From a virus (Duplodnaviria; Caudoviricetes): a stretch of 64,000 nucleotides of DNA. Made by a program: the position numbers and the translations under genes. The notes under the pieces were generated by a model, which saw only the letters and a program-made list of their open reading frames with translations, ran no database searches and was not told where the DNA came from. The DNA lies in the IMG/VR virus record IMGVR_UViG_3300020161_000515, positions 1 through 64,000 of that record; one strand, 5' to 3'. Below, piece after piece: positions 7,732-18,228 of the stretch. How positions within the stretch are numbered: position 1 is the stretch's first letter; each line of letters starts with the position of its first letter.

Positions 7732-9368
7732 TCTGAATCCAGTCTGCTTATAACTTGTGAGTTAGATTTAATTGCATCGTTTTTGTCTTCCAATATCATA
7801 GCATACACAACGTCTGAATTTGTAGTGATAGCTATATGACCTGTGTCAGGAGATGAAACACCTTGATTTGAATAAGTACCTAGGACATGGTCATACGCCA
7901 CAACTTGTCTTGATACTGGTCTGGTTAAAGTATTTCTCTTAAAAGATCGTACTCTGAGATTAAGCAATTTAGGATCTGACGTTAGGTTAATATCTAACCA
8001 CTCTTTTTCAGACTTACCAAGGTTCATAAGAATGTGCTTGTGTGCAGCCTCAGATTTCTTAACAGAGAACGTTAACTTTCTAGTTAAAGAGTTGACACCG
8101 TTATTAATATTGATCCATACTTCATAGACTTTGGTAGCTCTATGTTTAGGAATAAATCCATAAAGCTTTCTGTCCTTAGGAGTTATCTTAATGAAAGAAC
8201 AATCAGTCTTCACTATCTTTAATAAGAATGGTCTGGCCTCATCATAGAATGTTTTACAAACAATATCTAAGGCGTATGAGAAAGTTTGCTCACAGTCATA
8301 CTCACCTAGATAAAGTGGTGACAAAAGTTCTAAAGTGTTTTTGATATAGTAGGCGTTAAGAGCAGAAGTTTCAACTTCATCAAAGTAAGGATACAAATAA
8401 TTCTGAGCAACGTTTTCTGTATCCATCATCATAAAACGTTCTGTGTTCATAGCACCATCGTATGAGAACACATAATCAATATTTATCTTTTTCTTTCTAG
8501 AAGTTCTTTTTAAAAAGGCTTTTACTTCTTTATGACCCCAGTTTTTATTCTTTGAAAGAATCAAAGCACAAACGCCTGCCACTAATGCAGCGGCATAGTC
8601 ACCACTAGATTTGTAACGAACCACTTTATCTAAGCACTCTACTATGATGTTTGTGCATGGCGCATTGACGGATACACATGATCCATAATTGCAGAACTCA
8701 TAATAAGATAAAGTTTCGTCAAAACCACCTACAGTGATTACGTTGGTATTTCTGACTGGTGATGCAAAATCTAAATTGAAATTACCAACTCTTTCACCGC
8801 TTTCAAAGTAATCACCTTTGGCACAGGCAACAGTTGTGATATTTCTATCAAGTAGTCTTTGAACTGATTTTGCTAAAGGATCATTAGATAGGCTTGTAAG
8901 AGTGTGATAGTTTTCGTCAGTAGGCATTTCAAGAAAATCTAAAAGCACTACTTGTTTTCTAGAAGGAATTGATACGGCAAGAACAGTGCTTATTGCACTG
9001 GAAACAGATGCTCTTAAATCTGTATAGTCCAGTGCAATACTGAAAATCTGAGCTTCTTTTGCGACACCATACTTCTTTCCACCTACAACAGAAGCAAGTT
9101 CTGTTCCTCTGCCAACTGTGTCAACTGTGCTAGAAAGATTATGAGATCTTCCAGCCAGTTCAATAGATCCTGAAATGATCCCAGTGCTTAAAATAAAGAT
9201 ATCTACCGAAGCGGCATTAGTTGAAAATGCTCCAGCCAAGTAGATAGAATTGGAATAATCACGCTTACAGATAAGGTCAAGATACCAGCCACGTCTAGCC
9301 AAAGCACCACTAAACGAAGCTTCTGCATCCTCAAGATGAATGTATCCAAAGCCATAAAAGACCGCCAT
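7728..9368 (-). CDS. Subtilisin (S8A, proteinase K/aqualysin-like) fold protein, catalytically dead, with a C-terminal virion-type domain
   Basis: Recognisable S8A scaffold (GWYLDLICKR, GGKKYGVAKEA, SPVRNTNVITVGG, FCNYGSCVSVNAP, ALVAGVCALILS). The triad motifs read ILSTGI (DTG D->S), GRGT (HGT H->R) and SSGDYAA (GTSMA S->D). Confidence 0.85.
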   Translation of the reverse strand: MAVFYGFGYIHLEDAEASFSGALARRGWYLDLICKRDYSNSIYLAGAFSTNAASVDIFILSTGIISGSIELAGRSHNLSSTVDTVGRGTELASVVGGKKYGVAKEAQIFSIALDYTDLRASVSSAISTVLAVSIPSRKQVVLLDFLEMPTDENYHTLTSLSNDPLAKSVQRLLDRNITTVACAKGDYFESGERVGNFNLDFASPVRNTNVITVGGFDETLSYYEFCNYGSCVSVNAPCTNIIVECLDKVVRYKSSGDYAAALVAGVCALILSKNKNWGHKEVKAFLKRTSRKKKINIDYVFSYDGAMNTERFMMMDTENVAQNYLYPYFDEVETSALNAYYIKNTLELLSPLYLGEYDCEQTFSYALDIVCKTFYDEARPFLLKIVKTDCSFIKITPKDRKLYGFIPKHRATKVYEVWININNGVNSLTRKLTFSVKKSEAAHKHILMNLGKSEKEWLDINLTSDPKLLNLRVRSFKRNTLTRPVSRQVVAYDHVLGTYSNQGVSSPDTGHIAITTNSDVVYAMILEDKNDAIKSNSQVISRLDSE

Positions 9369-11041
9369 TATATAAGACCGCTAACACCTATAGAGCTCCA
9401 ATCGTCCCATACGTCAACCTCAACTCCAGCAGGAACTATTCTTTTCACCCATACCGCTTTACATTTCAAAGGAGCAAGATCACCAATTACTAAAGGATTA
9501 AGTCTTGATGGTGTTGTGAACGTAACTCCAGCAGGAGCTGTATTCTCATCAGCAACAGTAACAGCTATTCCAGTAGTAAAACCATCACCCACTGAAGCTG
9601 GATCTAAACCCATCTGAAGTGTGTCAACTTTGGAAACTGGTTGAGAGTTAATGAAGATTTTTATATCCCACATAGTCTCAGTTAGGTGCGTGTTCGTCAC
9701 AAAGAAGCATCTGTATTCAGTATCTCCAAAATGAGACTCATAACGCTTAACAGAATCAAATAGCTCATTCTTCTTATTGCTGGAAGTTATGTCGGTGACC
9801 TGAAAGCGAACTCCTGTCTGAGGAAGAAGTGCTGTGACAATATCTATTGTAACCCATTTAGATTTAGTGGCATTAAACATCTTGTACTTGCCATTAACAG
9901 ATAGTTCAGTCCAATCACCCCATGTCCAACCATGAGTTTCAATATCAAGATCCTGGGTTGATTCTAGAATGAATGTAGGCGTGCTACCAACCTGAATTAC
10001 ATTAAGATTTTTTTGCCACCTATCTTCTAGTATGGCACAACGTTTATTACCTAGATCATATACTATTGAAAATGATTCTTCTGGTTCCCAGCCACCAGCA
10101 TCTATCACATTTATTCCTGTCAATCCTGTATTGAATTTGTATTCTGGTTTAGAAGTATCAGTTGCAGATGCTGCAACATTAGAAACAGAATAAGTATTCT
10201 TTTTGTAAACTTCTGATACCACTTCTGAGAATTTCTTGAATGACGAACTTCCTGGGATGCTTGTAAAGACATGGCAGCAGTTATCAAATTCAGGTAATAC
10301 AGGTAATGTTGAAAGTGAAGCCCCGTTAGAGAAAGAAAACGCTAAGTTAACCTCAACATAACCATTCAATGTTTTAGAATCAGGAAGTGCTATTCTAGAT
10401 GAGTATGAAGGTGTGTAAGTGGTTACCTGGCCTACTGTAGCACTCGTAATTGATAACACTTTTCTGGTGTATAAATCTAATGTGAAATCACCATTAGAAT
10501 TAAAAAAGTATTTAGTCCAAGTTGGGTATCCAATTCCAAAACTCCAAGGTATTGAATTAAACAACAACTCTCTTGTGCCAGCTATCTGAGTAGTTACATC
10601 TGTCATAGACTCAAAATCAGCAAACACGTCTGGAACAAGAATAGCGTAGTATTCTGTAAGTGTTTGAGATACCGTGACTCGTCTTAAGAATATAGAATAG
10701 CTAGTTGCTGGATCTAGCCCAACAACTGATAAATTCTGAAAGAAAGTTGGTAAGGTGTCAATCCATGTAAGACCAAGAAGAAACGGATCTTGGCATCTGC
10801 CATTGACAAACTCTTGTGATACACCATCTACATAATACTTGGTTTTTCTTTTTGAAGATATTGTAGAGGAAGATAATGAAAATCTCTTAGTAGGTTCTGG
10901 ATTTAAAAACGTAGCAACGGACTGACTTAAAATAGTCTTAGAAGATACTTGACCACCTAACGAAGAATTAGAATCCTCATTGTTTATTCCTCCACTTAAT
11001 TTAAGTTGAAGGTATGCGCCTAAATTTGAAGAAACTGTCAT
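9368..11041 (-). CDS. Putative tail-tip/baseplate-attached protein (family R) with ~360 aa insertion
   Basis: N-terminal LQLKLSGGINNEDSNSSLGGQVSS and C-terminal NELFDSVKRYESHFGDTEYRCFFVTNTH...GDLAPLKCKAVWVKR. Confidence 0.75.
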   Translation of the reverse strand: MTVSSNLGAYLQLKLSGGINNEDSNSSLGGQVSSKTILSQSVATFLNPEPTKRFSLSSSTISSKRKTKYYVDGVSQEFVNGRCQDPFLLGLTWIDTLPTFFQNLSVVGLDPATSYSIFLRRVTVSQTLTEYYAILVPDVFADFESMTDVTTQIAGTRELLFNSIPWSFGIGYPTWTKYFFNSNGDFTLDLYTRKVLSITSATVGQVTTYTPSYSSRIALPDSKTLNGYVEVNLAFSFSNGASLSTLPVLPEFDNCCHVFTSIPGSSSFKKFSEVVSEVYKKNTYSVSNVAASATDTSKPEYKFNTGLTGINVIDAGGWEPEESFSIVYDLGNKRCAILEDRWQKNLNVIQVGSTPTFILESTQDLDIETHGWTWGDWTELSVNGKYKMFNATKSKWVTIDIVTALLPQTGVRFQVTDITSSNKKNELFDSVKRYESHFGDTEYRCFFVTNTHLTETMWDIKIFINSQPVSKVDTLQMGLDPASVGDGFTTGIAVTVADENTAPAGVTFTTPSRLNPLVIGDLAPLKCKAVWVKRIVPAGVEVDVWDDWSSIGVSGLI

Positions 11042-11050
11042 AAGTAACCT

Positions 11051-11947
11051 TTAGAAAAATGCTTTAATGCCTATTGAACTGAAATCGTTTCTGAAGTCAG
11101 TAGCTAAATTAGCAGGAACTATTCGTTTCAACCAGAAGGCTTGTGCTTGTCCTGGAGATAAAGTTCCAATACTTAGTGGTGTTGCTTCTGAAGGAGTATT
11201 AAAAATAACATCTCCTGGAGCCATGCTTTCATTGAGAACTTGTGACGCAACACCTTCAGAAACACCGTCACCAATACCACTGGGATCTAATCCCATTTGA
11301 AGTACGTCAGCTCCTGAGGCTGGTTGATCTTTTAAATAAAGTCTCAGGTCATAAATATACTCTGATGGATGTGCATTATACACATAAAAACATCTGTATT
11401 CAGTATCACCTGTCTTAGATTCATATCTAGATATGTTATCCCACATCTCATTAGGAGATATTGTTTCTACTTTGTACGATAGCAAGAAATAAGTATTAGG
11501 AGATAGATCAGTAGGATGTAATGGATTTAACTCTATGTCTGCAATCATCCATCCAGTAGTAAGATCATTATCTTGCAACAAGTATCTTCCATTAGAATCT
11601 AGGTACTCAGCTTTTCTTTCATCTTTAGGAGCCCACCCTAAACCTGACGAAGTTGGCTGACCTAGCCAGATTCGTCTAGTATATGGTTGGTAGATTATGG
11701 AAGTAGTTACTAAAGAGTTTATAGCCAAGGGATATCCACTACATCTTACAATATTGATGTAGTTTATGTATTTTAAAAACTCTACATTAGTAGGAGTTAC
11801 ATGAAATACAACTCCATTTCTAATAGTGCATTGCTGGCTTGACACAATCCTAGAGGACATTTCACCACCCACACTACTTAATTGCAGAAGGTTGCTCTGT
11901 CCTCCAGAGTATCTAAATTCTAAATAACCTGCCGACGATACAGACAT
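11051..11947 (-). CDS. Putative tail-tip/baseplate-attached protein (family R) with ~120 aa insertion
   Basis: LEFRYSGGQSNLLQLSSVGGEMSS ... NEMWDNISRYESKTGDTEYRCFYVYNAH...GTLSPGQAQAFWLKR. Confidence 0.75.
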   Translation of the reverse strand: MSVSSAGYLEFRYSGGQSNLLQLSSVGGEMSSRIVSSQQCTIRNGVVFHVTPTNVEFLKYINYINIVRCSGYPLAINSLVTTSIIYQPYTRRIWLGQPTSSGLGWAPKDERKAEYLDSNGRYLLQDNDLTTGWMIADIELNPLHPTDLSPNTYFLLSYKVETISPNEMWDNISRYESKTGDTEYRCFYVYNAHPSEYIYDLRLYLKDQPASGADVLQMGLDPSGIGDGVSEGVASQVLNESMAPGDVIFNTPSEATPLSIGTLSPGQAQAFWLKRIVPANLATDFRNDFSSIGIKAFF

Positions 11948-14900
11948 TACACTAACGCCTTGTAAGCTATTCTGCTTACATCAATAACAGCAGGTGCTTC
12001 TGTTTCAGAAGTGCTGTACCGTTTGATCCAAAATGCTATTGACTGTCCTGGTGCAAGAACTCCTACAATCAATGGCTCATCATAAGTAGCCTTTGTGAAA
12101 GTAACTCCTGCTGGAGCTGCATACACATTAGCTACAGAAGCAGCAACACCATCTTTACCACTTGGATCTAGTCCAACTTCAAGTACGTCTTTGGCACTTG
12201 GTTGATCTGCTATGTAAATACCTACCTGAATAGCAGAATCACTTGGATGTGTGTTCTTTAAATATAAACATCTGTAATCAGGTGTGTGATTATAAGTGCT
12301 GGCCTTGGTCATGGTATCAAATATCAGATTATTTTGTGATGTGTAATCTGAATCTATTGCTATGATGTAGTTACCTTCCAGTGCAGTCATGCTGGTTAAA
12401 TTCAACATAAGATACGGAGAATACTTCTTAAATGCAAACGATGCGTTATCTATTTCATTATTTCTGTTTATGTTGAATCGTGTCTGAGCCTTTAATGCTT
12501 GGTCAGATATTAATGGTCTTAATTCTTCTGAAGCATCTGGGTGTTTCGTATTATTTAAAATTTTAGCAGTAACATCTGTTCTGTCAACATTGTATCTAGC
12601 AAACCAAACAGGATCTTGTCTAATTTTATTTTCTAGGAAAGGAGCAAAAGTGTTGTTCTTATTCCTATTAAAAATAAATGTTTTCAAGTTTCTAGATGTT
12701 GGTGGTGGAAATCTATCTAACGAAACCTCATTAGAGCTTGCTATTACCGTATCATCATTAAAGGATTTACGCACCTTCATGACTGCCGTCTTAGGCAATT
12801 TAAAATACGTTACCTTATCCATCTTAGAAAATGTAAAAGTAAATTCTACCGATTCAGAAGTTGGAAGTAATTCCACCACTAATAAATCACCACTCCATCT
12901 TGTGTCTGAAACTGGTGTGACAGTCTTTAATGTAAAATATGTATTGAAAGATATTGCTGTAAAAGCCAATATTACTGGTGTAGTAAGAGCATCACTCATC
13001 AAGTTATTCTTTAGCAAATTCTGAACAGTCATGCTAAGTGTGAAATCATCATAGAGTTTCAAATGGCCTGCCACTGGAGCAGTTAAGTTGAGAGTAAATT
13101 CTAACGGTGGTGGTGGAGGTATAACCATACCAGTAGTCTGAACAACAACTTCTCCATCAGGAACTCCAACAACGTCATCTGCTATTGTGAGTAACATAAA
13201 GGTGAATGATTTGCCAGTTATTGATCTAGCTAAAGGCTTTACTCTTATTTGAATTGTTGTGGTAGACCCACTTACATAATCAACTAAAAGATCTTCACTT
13301 AATTCTGTTTCAACACCATCTCTAACTCGAAAGAATTTTGAAGGTGAAATATACTCAAGAGCTCCTGTTGCTAATCTTAGTTGAGTCAAATTCAATGCAG
13401 TAGATGTCAGTGTGAGAGTTATTAAATCTCCATGCTCTAAGGTTGTCTTATCAGTTGTAAGAACTGTGTCATCTGCAACTTGTAATAGTGGCTCATGTAT
13501 TCTTAATAGGTTGGGAATCAAAGGAGTATTAAAATCATCTGATCCATTTATAAAAAATTCCAAATAATAGCTATCTGCATAAACATATGGAATGGGAGTA
13601 TTGGTAGAGATAAATCCAGAAACTACCGTTGCCGATCCAGTTGCAAGAGTTTTGTAAAATGCAGTAGACTTTCTAAGATTCAATTTCCAATGAATAGTCT
13701 GACCTTCAAAGTAGTTCAGGTTGGAAATTGTTATTAAGCCTGAACTGTTTTCATAGTAATTTTCAAGATAGTTGATAAAAGGAATTTTTAAAGTCAAATT
13801 GGATGACTGTCCTAAAGGTCCTACATACACACTTGAAATTGTGTCATAAGAACTGTTAGCAGGTATTCTTGAGTACGTTAAAGAAACCTCTTCCATAACA
13901 AACACCAGATTAAGTGATGTTGAATTTGGAATTAGTTTATCTAGTGTTACTGTTATAGTTTTAGATGGTTCTGCTGCGGTAAGCTTTACCACTATACATT
14001 TATATCCATCAGCATCAGCATTGATTATCAAAGGTGCTCCATTGTCACCTGGGATTGAAGATGCAACCACATTGGCTTTAGTACCATCTGATATAATTAA
14101 ATCTTCCATCGTAACCAAAGAACCCATACAATAAATTGCTACATACTTCTGGGCTTTGTTTTCAAATGTTAAGTTTTCAGCAAGATACGTTGAGCCTACT
14201 GTTAGTGTTAACGGAACTTTATACTCTAAAGTTGTGATAGAAGGTACTAATGAAATAACAAGAGGTCTTGGAAAGAACGTAGCAGGAATAGTAAATTGTT
14301 TTTCTGCTAGAATGGTTCTATCTTCTACTGCCTTTTCTAATTTAGCCTTCAACAAAATTTTAAATGTATAAGGAGCGGCAGCCCTTGATAATCCGTTAGC
14401 ATTAGAAAATGACAAGGTGCTGACAATTTCGCCATTAGAAAGAATGTTCTTTGTAGCTATTTGAGGGCTCATCTTGTTAAAAGAAGTAATGCTAAAATTA
14501 TCAAGAGATATGTTTTGCAAACTTTCTAAATGAATCTCAGACAGCAACCCTGGTGTTCCCTCTATACTGGATACCTGATCCACAACGAAACTGTCATAAT
14601 TTGCTACTACAAATTGGGTAGTAATAGCGTCACCAGGATTAGTGAAAACAGCATCAGCTATATTTCCAGATATGGACATATCCGGAGGAAAGGCTAAAGG
14701 TGATATCTCATACTGATGGAACGCCAGAAGTGCTCTGTCATTAGTGGCCCAAGATACATATGCGTATAAGCTAAGAGTTATTACATATGGAGCATCTAAC
14801 TTACTTAAATGATTAAGATTATTTAATGCCATAGACTCGCTTACTGTTCCATCAGAAGTTATTAATAATTCTGATGCAGCAGTTGCCACCTTCCTAAACA

Positions 14901-17900
14901 CGTTCATTGAGAAATTGTTAAATGAAATTCCTTTTCTGTCTCCATTTTTATCATAAAATTGTGAAGACTCCATGATAAGCTCAAATTTAAGTCCTGAGTA
15001 TTTATTAGCGCCCATAGCGGTGGTCTGAACATTTTCTTTATAAAAGGTTTCATAATTAGTTACGCCTATGGAAAAAGCAAGAGCATCTCCTTTACTTAAA
15101 AAATCTTTACCAGGTAATGACGTAACTATTTCTAATGGCCCAGGAAGTGCAGAAGCAGCTATAGAAAAACTCTTTGTTGATAGTATGGAATCAGATGCAC
15201 CATTAGATCCTCTTAGAAACATCTTTAATGTGAACTCAAACGGAGCTTTTGCTGCTTGTAGAAGTGAAACAGTTTTCAGATTTAGAGTTGAAGTTTTAGT
15301 TCCGCTGGTAGATAAAGATGCTCTCAGTTCATAGTAACCATTGCTAGTAAAATTTGGTAATGTGTCAAAGTTGGCGAAACTTACACCATCAGCAGATTCT
15401 AGTGTCATATAAAATATAGCCGGATCATTAACTATTACATCTGTTGCACTTATAGTTATTGATACAGAGTCACCTAACTTAGTAAAAGTTGCATCTCCTA
15501 TTGACGCTGTTGCTGCCATTGCAGCGGGTGTGGCAAAGGTCAAAGTTGGTGAATGTCCTAGAGAATGTCCATAAATTGCTCCCACAGCCCTAAATCTAAA
15601 AGTCTTTCCAGCCAGACTTGCTGCTGAAACATTCCAAGGCCTTTGATATCTAATGGTCTTAGTGCGTGTGCCAGGAAATGATACGAACTCTAAAGTGGTT
15701 ACTATTCGTGTTGTAGAAAACTCATTATCTACTACTACGAAATCTGTTATAGGTACAACACCTTCTGTAGTAAGATAAATTCTTTCCTCAGGTACGTCTA
15801 AGCATGTGACTGTTATTTCTAACTCAGCATCTCCGCTAGGATTTACGTTGTTTACAGAAATAGTAGCTGTGTTTGAAACATCCAGAATATAAGAAATATT
15901 ATATCTCTGGACTATCATAAACTCGCTCGCAGTTGAGGCATCCGTATAAATAGAGATACCCATTGTCCAGCCAGGTTGTCCTACCGCTGGAACAGTGGTG
16001 GAGATGTTTATTGATTCTCCAGAAACAACTGCCGTTCCGTTAGTCGAAGGTCGTATCCAAGCATTTCCTATAGGACTAACTCTGCCAACATACCAATAAA
16101 GAGTTGTTCCATCAGCTAGTCCAGTTAAACCTGATACTGTAAAAGATATAGCAGTAAGTTCTGGGTAGGAAGCGTTTAAATTAAATGTTGCTGGTAATAG
16201 TGCCATATTGGGATAATTGTATTCAGGTGGAAAAGCATCAGCAGTTATTAGATACTGTTGAGTAGATAAAAGTGTTCTTGTTTCTGAAGTTCTTGTAAGC
16301 TTAGCCCACAAAGATAAACTTAACGCATAAGGTGCGCCTGATCTTATCAATCCTGTCAGATTGTCTAACATCAAGTTTGCACTGTATGTCCCATCAGATA
16401 ATATTCTTGTAAAGTAACTTCTATTCGTTATCCTAGTTAAGGATGATACATCAAAATTATCAAGATTGGCTACTTGATTTGGATTTGCTGTAAGCTCAAT
16501 CAATAATCCATCTACACCCGCTGAACTAGATACTTGTTCCCTTACAAAAGTTTCATAATTTGTAACAGTAAAAGACGCTCTTACAGCATCATGTACCTGG
16601 TCAAATACTATGTCTGAAAATGAACCTGTTACTGACAAAGCATCTACTGGAGGATCTACTGGAGGTGGAGCAGGGAAGGCGTCAGCAGTAAGAGTATATT
16701 GATGTGATGCTATTACATCTCTAGCTTCCGATGTTCTGCTTGGTTTAGTAAGTAAAGATATCGTGAAGTCATATGGAGCATTTTCTCTGGAAAGACCAGA
16801 TAAGTTATTTAGCGTTATAGCACTGGTATGTGCTCCATCAGATATTCTAAAAAGCTGACACAATTTTCCAGTAATTCTAGTAAATGATTCTATTGAGAAA
16901 TTGTAAAAAGAAATAGCACTATTTGATTCTAATACTAATTCTGTCAATAAACCTGGAATTCCTGGAACACTTGATATTTGAGAATCTTCAAATGCAGTAT
17001 AATTACTAACAGATGCTGATGCTGAAATGCTATCTCCTATTGCATCAAAAAAATTAATGTCTGAGATGCTACCAGTGACAACAGCAAAATTATTTTGATT
17101 AAAAGCCGTAGGAGAAATGTAGAATGTGTCAGACTTTAAAACTAATCTTGTTTCAGAATTCTTTTTTAACTTTGTTTTTAAAGAAAGAGTAAAAAAATTA
17201 TTAGAATCTATTCCAGTTAAATCTGAAAGTGCTATAAGAAAAGTTACAAGTCCATCAGATGTAGCGAAGTGCCTGGCAAGATTCTTATTGACCTTAGTCA
17301 TGTTGGTCAATGATAGGTTATCAAATGACGCGGAAGTAGGATCCATTGGAACTTTTGAATACGGTTTTAACTCCAACTCAAATAAAAGTCCTGGTGTTCC
17401 CTCAATACTTGACCCTTCACTTTCTATAAAAGATGCGATATTGCTTATATTAACCTTAGCATAGATAGAAAACCCTATCTTTGTAAACTCAGTCCTAGCC
17501 GACATCTCGCTAAGAATTTGAACGGATGAGTCTGCATGATAACTTACTGGAGGAGTGTATCCTAAAATAAGACCAGTAGAACTTACTATCTTAAACTGTA
17601 ACGGAGTGTCATATAACTGTTGTGAAGATTTGTATTCGTTACTTACCCATTTAAGTTTTACATTAATTGTTCCAGGAAACTCTTCATAAACAACTATTTG
17701 GTTATCCCAAATTCTAGTTGTTGATGAATCTGTTACTAAAGAAAAACAACTAAAGCTCCAGTACGAAGATTCTAAAACAAAGTATATTGATCCTGATGGA
17801 CTATCTAGACACGTTATTGCGTACTCTAGAATGTCACTCTTTCCTGGGGTTAAATCACTAACTTCAACAGTACAAGAATTGTTAACATCAATTATATTAC

Positions 17901-18228
17901 AGAGTGCTATGTCATAAACAATTCTGCTAGTGCCTATATTATGTGAATCCGTTACTATAGATAATCCCATCTTTTCATTTCTATACACCATTGGGATGTT
18001 GGTGGAAATGCTGATAGATTCATCTTGGACTATAGCTGATGTGTAATCTCCTGAATTGAAATTACCTGTTGCTATTGTTCCACCACTACCTGACGGATAC
18101 ACTATCCCAACAGCCCAGTAAACCGTAGTTCCGTTAGCTATTCCAATTAGACCTGAGACAGTAAATGTAACGGGAGTACCTTCGTCGTAAGAAGGCTCTA
18201 AGTTCGTAGTGATGTTAAGTAATGACAC
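11947..18228 (-). CDS. Giant repeat (Ig-like inferred) tail appendage protein, 2,093 aa, ending in the C-terminal half of family R
   Basis: About six ~140 aa repeats (GLL.EL.LES....F.NF...R..APY.F) and 2-3 copies of a second repeat, with poly-Pro hinges. C-terminal NNLIFDT...DYRCLYLKNTH...GVLAPGQSIAFWIKR. Starts at a GTG directly after the upstream TAG. Confidence 0.8.
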   Translation of the reverse strand: MSLLNITTNLEPSYDEGTPVTFTVSGLIGIANGTTVYWAVGIVYPSGSGGTIATGNFNSGDYTSAIVQDESISISTNIPMVYRNEKMGLSIVTDSHNIGTSRIVYDIALCNIIDVNNSCTVEVSDLTPGKSDILEYAITCLDSPSGSIYFVLESSYWSFSCFSLVTDSSTTRIWDNQIVVYEEFPGTINVKLKWVSNEYKSSQQLYDTPLQFKIVSSTGLILGYTPPVSYHADSSVQILSEMSARTEFTKIGFSIYAKVNISNIASFIESEGSSIEGTPGLLFELELKPYSKVPMDPTSASFDNLSLTNMTKVNKNLARHFATSDGLVTFLIALSDLTGIDSNNFFTLSLKTKLKKNSETRLVLKSDTFYISPTAFNQNNFAVVTGSISDINFFDAIGDSISASASVSNYTAFEDSQISSVPGIPGLLTELVLESNSAISFYNFSIESFTRITGKLCQLFRISDGAHTSAITLNNLSGLSRENAPYDFTISLLTKPSRTSEARDVIASHQYTLTADAFPAPPPVDPPVDALSVTGSFSDIVFDQVHDAVRASFTVTNYETFVREQVSSSAGVDGLLIELTANPNQVANLDNFDVSSLTRITNRSYFTRILSDGTYSANLMLDNLTGLIRSGAPYALSLSLWAKLTRTSETRTLLSTQQYLITADAFPPEYNYPNMALLPATFNLNASYPELTAISFTVSGLTGLADGTTLYWYVGRVSPIGNAWIRPSTNGTAVVSGESINISTTVPAVGQPGWTMGISIYTDASTASEFMIVQRYNISYILDVSNTATISVNNVNPSGDAELEITVTCLDVPEERIYLTTEGVVPITDFVVVDNEFSTTRIVTTLEFVSFPGTRTKTIRYQRPWNVSAASLAGKTFRFRAVGAIYGHSLGHSPTLTFATPAAMAATASIGDATFTKLGDSVSITISATDVIVNDPAIFYMTLESADGVSFANFDTLPNFTSNGYYELRASLSTSGTKTSTLNLKTVSLLQAAKAPFEFTLKMFLRGSNGASDSILSTKSFSIAASALPGPLEIVTSLPGKDFLSKGDALAFSIGVTNYETFYKENVQTTAMGANKYSGLKFELIMESSQFYDKNGDRKGISFNNFSMNVFRKVATAASELLITSDGTVSESMALNNLNHLSKLDAPYVITLSLYAYVSWATNDRALLAFHQYEISPLAFPPDMSISGNIADAVFTNPGDAITTQFVVANYDSFVVDQVSSIEGTPGLLSEIHLESLQNISLDNFSITSFNKMSPQIATKNILSNGEIVSTLSFSNANGLSRAAAPYTFKILLKAKLEKAVEDRTILAEKQFTIPATFFPRPLVISLVPSITTLEYKVPLTLTVGSTYLAENLTFENKAQKYVAIYCMGSLVTMEDLIISDGTKANVVASSIPGDNGAPLIINADADGYKCIVVKLTAAEPSKTITVTLDKLIPNSTSLNLVFVMEEVSLTYSRIPANSSYDTISSVYVGPLGQSSNLTLKIPFINYLENYYENSSGLITISNLNYFEGQTIHWKLNLRKSTAFYKTLATGSATVVSGFISTNTPIPYVYADSYYLEFFINGSDDFNTPLIPNLLRIHEPLLQVADDTVLTTDKTTLEHGDLITLTLTSTALNLTQLRLATGALEYISPSKFFRVRDGVETELSEDLLVDYVSGSTTTIQIRVKPLARSITGKSFTFMLLTIADDVVGVPDGEVVVQTTGMVIPPPPPLEFTLNLTAPVAGHLKLYDDFTLSMTVQNLLKNNLMSDALTTPVILAFTAISFNTYFTLKTVTPVSDTRWSGDLLVVELLPTSESVEFTFTFSKMDKVTYFKLPKTAVMKVRKSFNDDTVIASSNEVSLDRFPPPTSRNLKTFIFNRNKNNTFAPFLENKIRQDPVWFARYNVDRTDVTAKILNNTKHPDASEELRPLISDQALKAQTRFNINRNNEIDNASFAFKKYSPYLMLNLTSMTALEGNYIIAIDSDYTSQNNLIFDTMTKASTYNHTPDYRCLYLKNTHPSDSAIQVGIYIADQPSAKDVLEVGLDPSGKDGVAASVANVYAAPAGVTFTKATYDEPLIVGVLAPGQSIAFWIKRYSTSETEAPAVIDVSRIAYKALV

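Noticed and set aside
7728-9368. Calling the S8 gene an active protease or a decayed pseudogene
   Set aside because: All triad positions are substituted, so activity is unsupported. The ORF is intact, tightly coupled to its neighbours and keeps its structural motifs, so decay is unsupported too.
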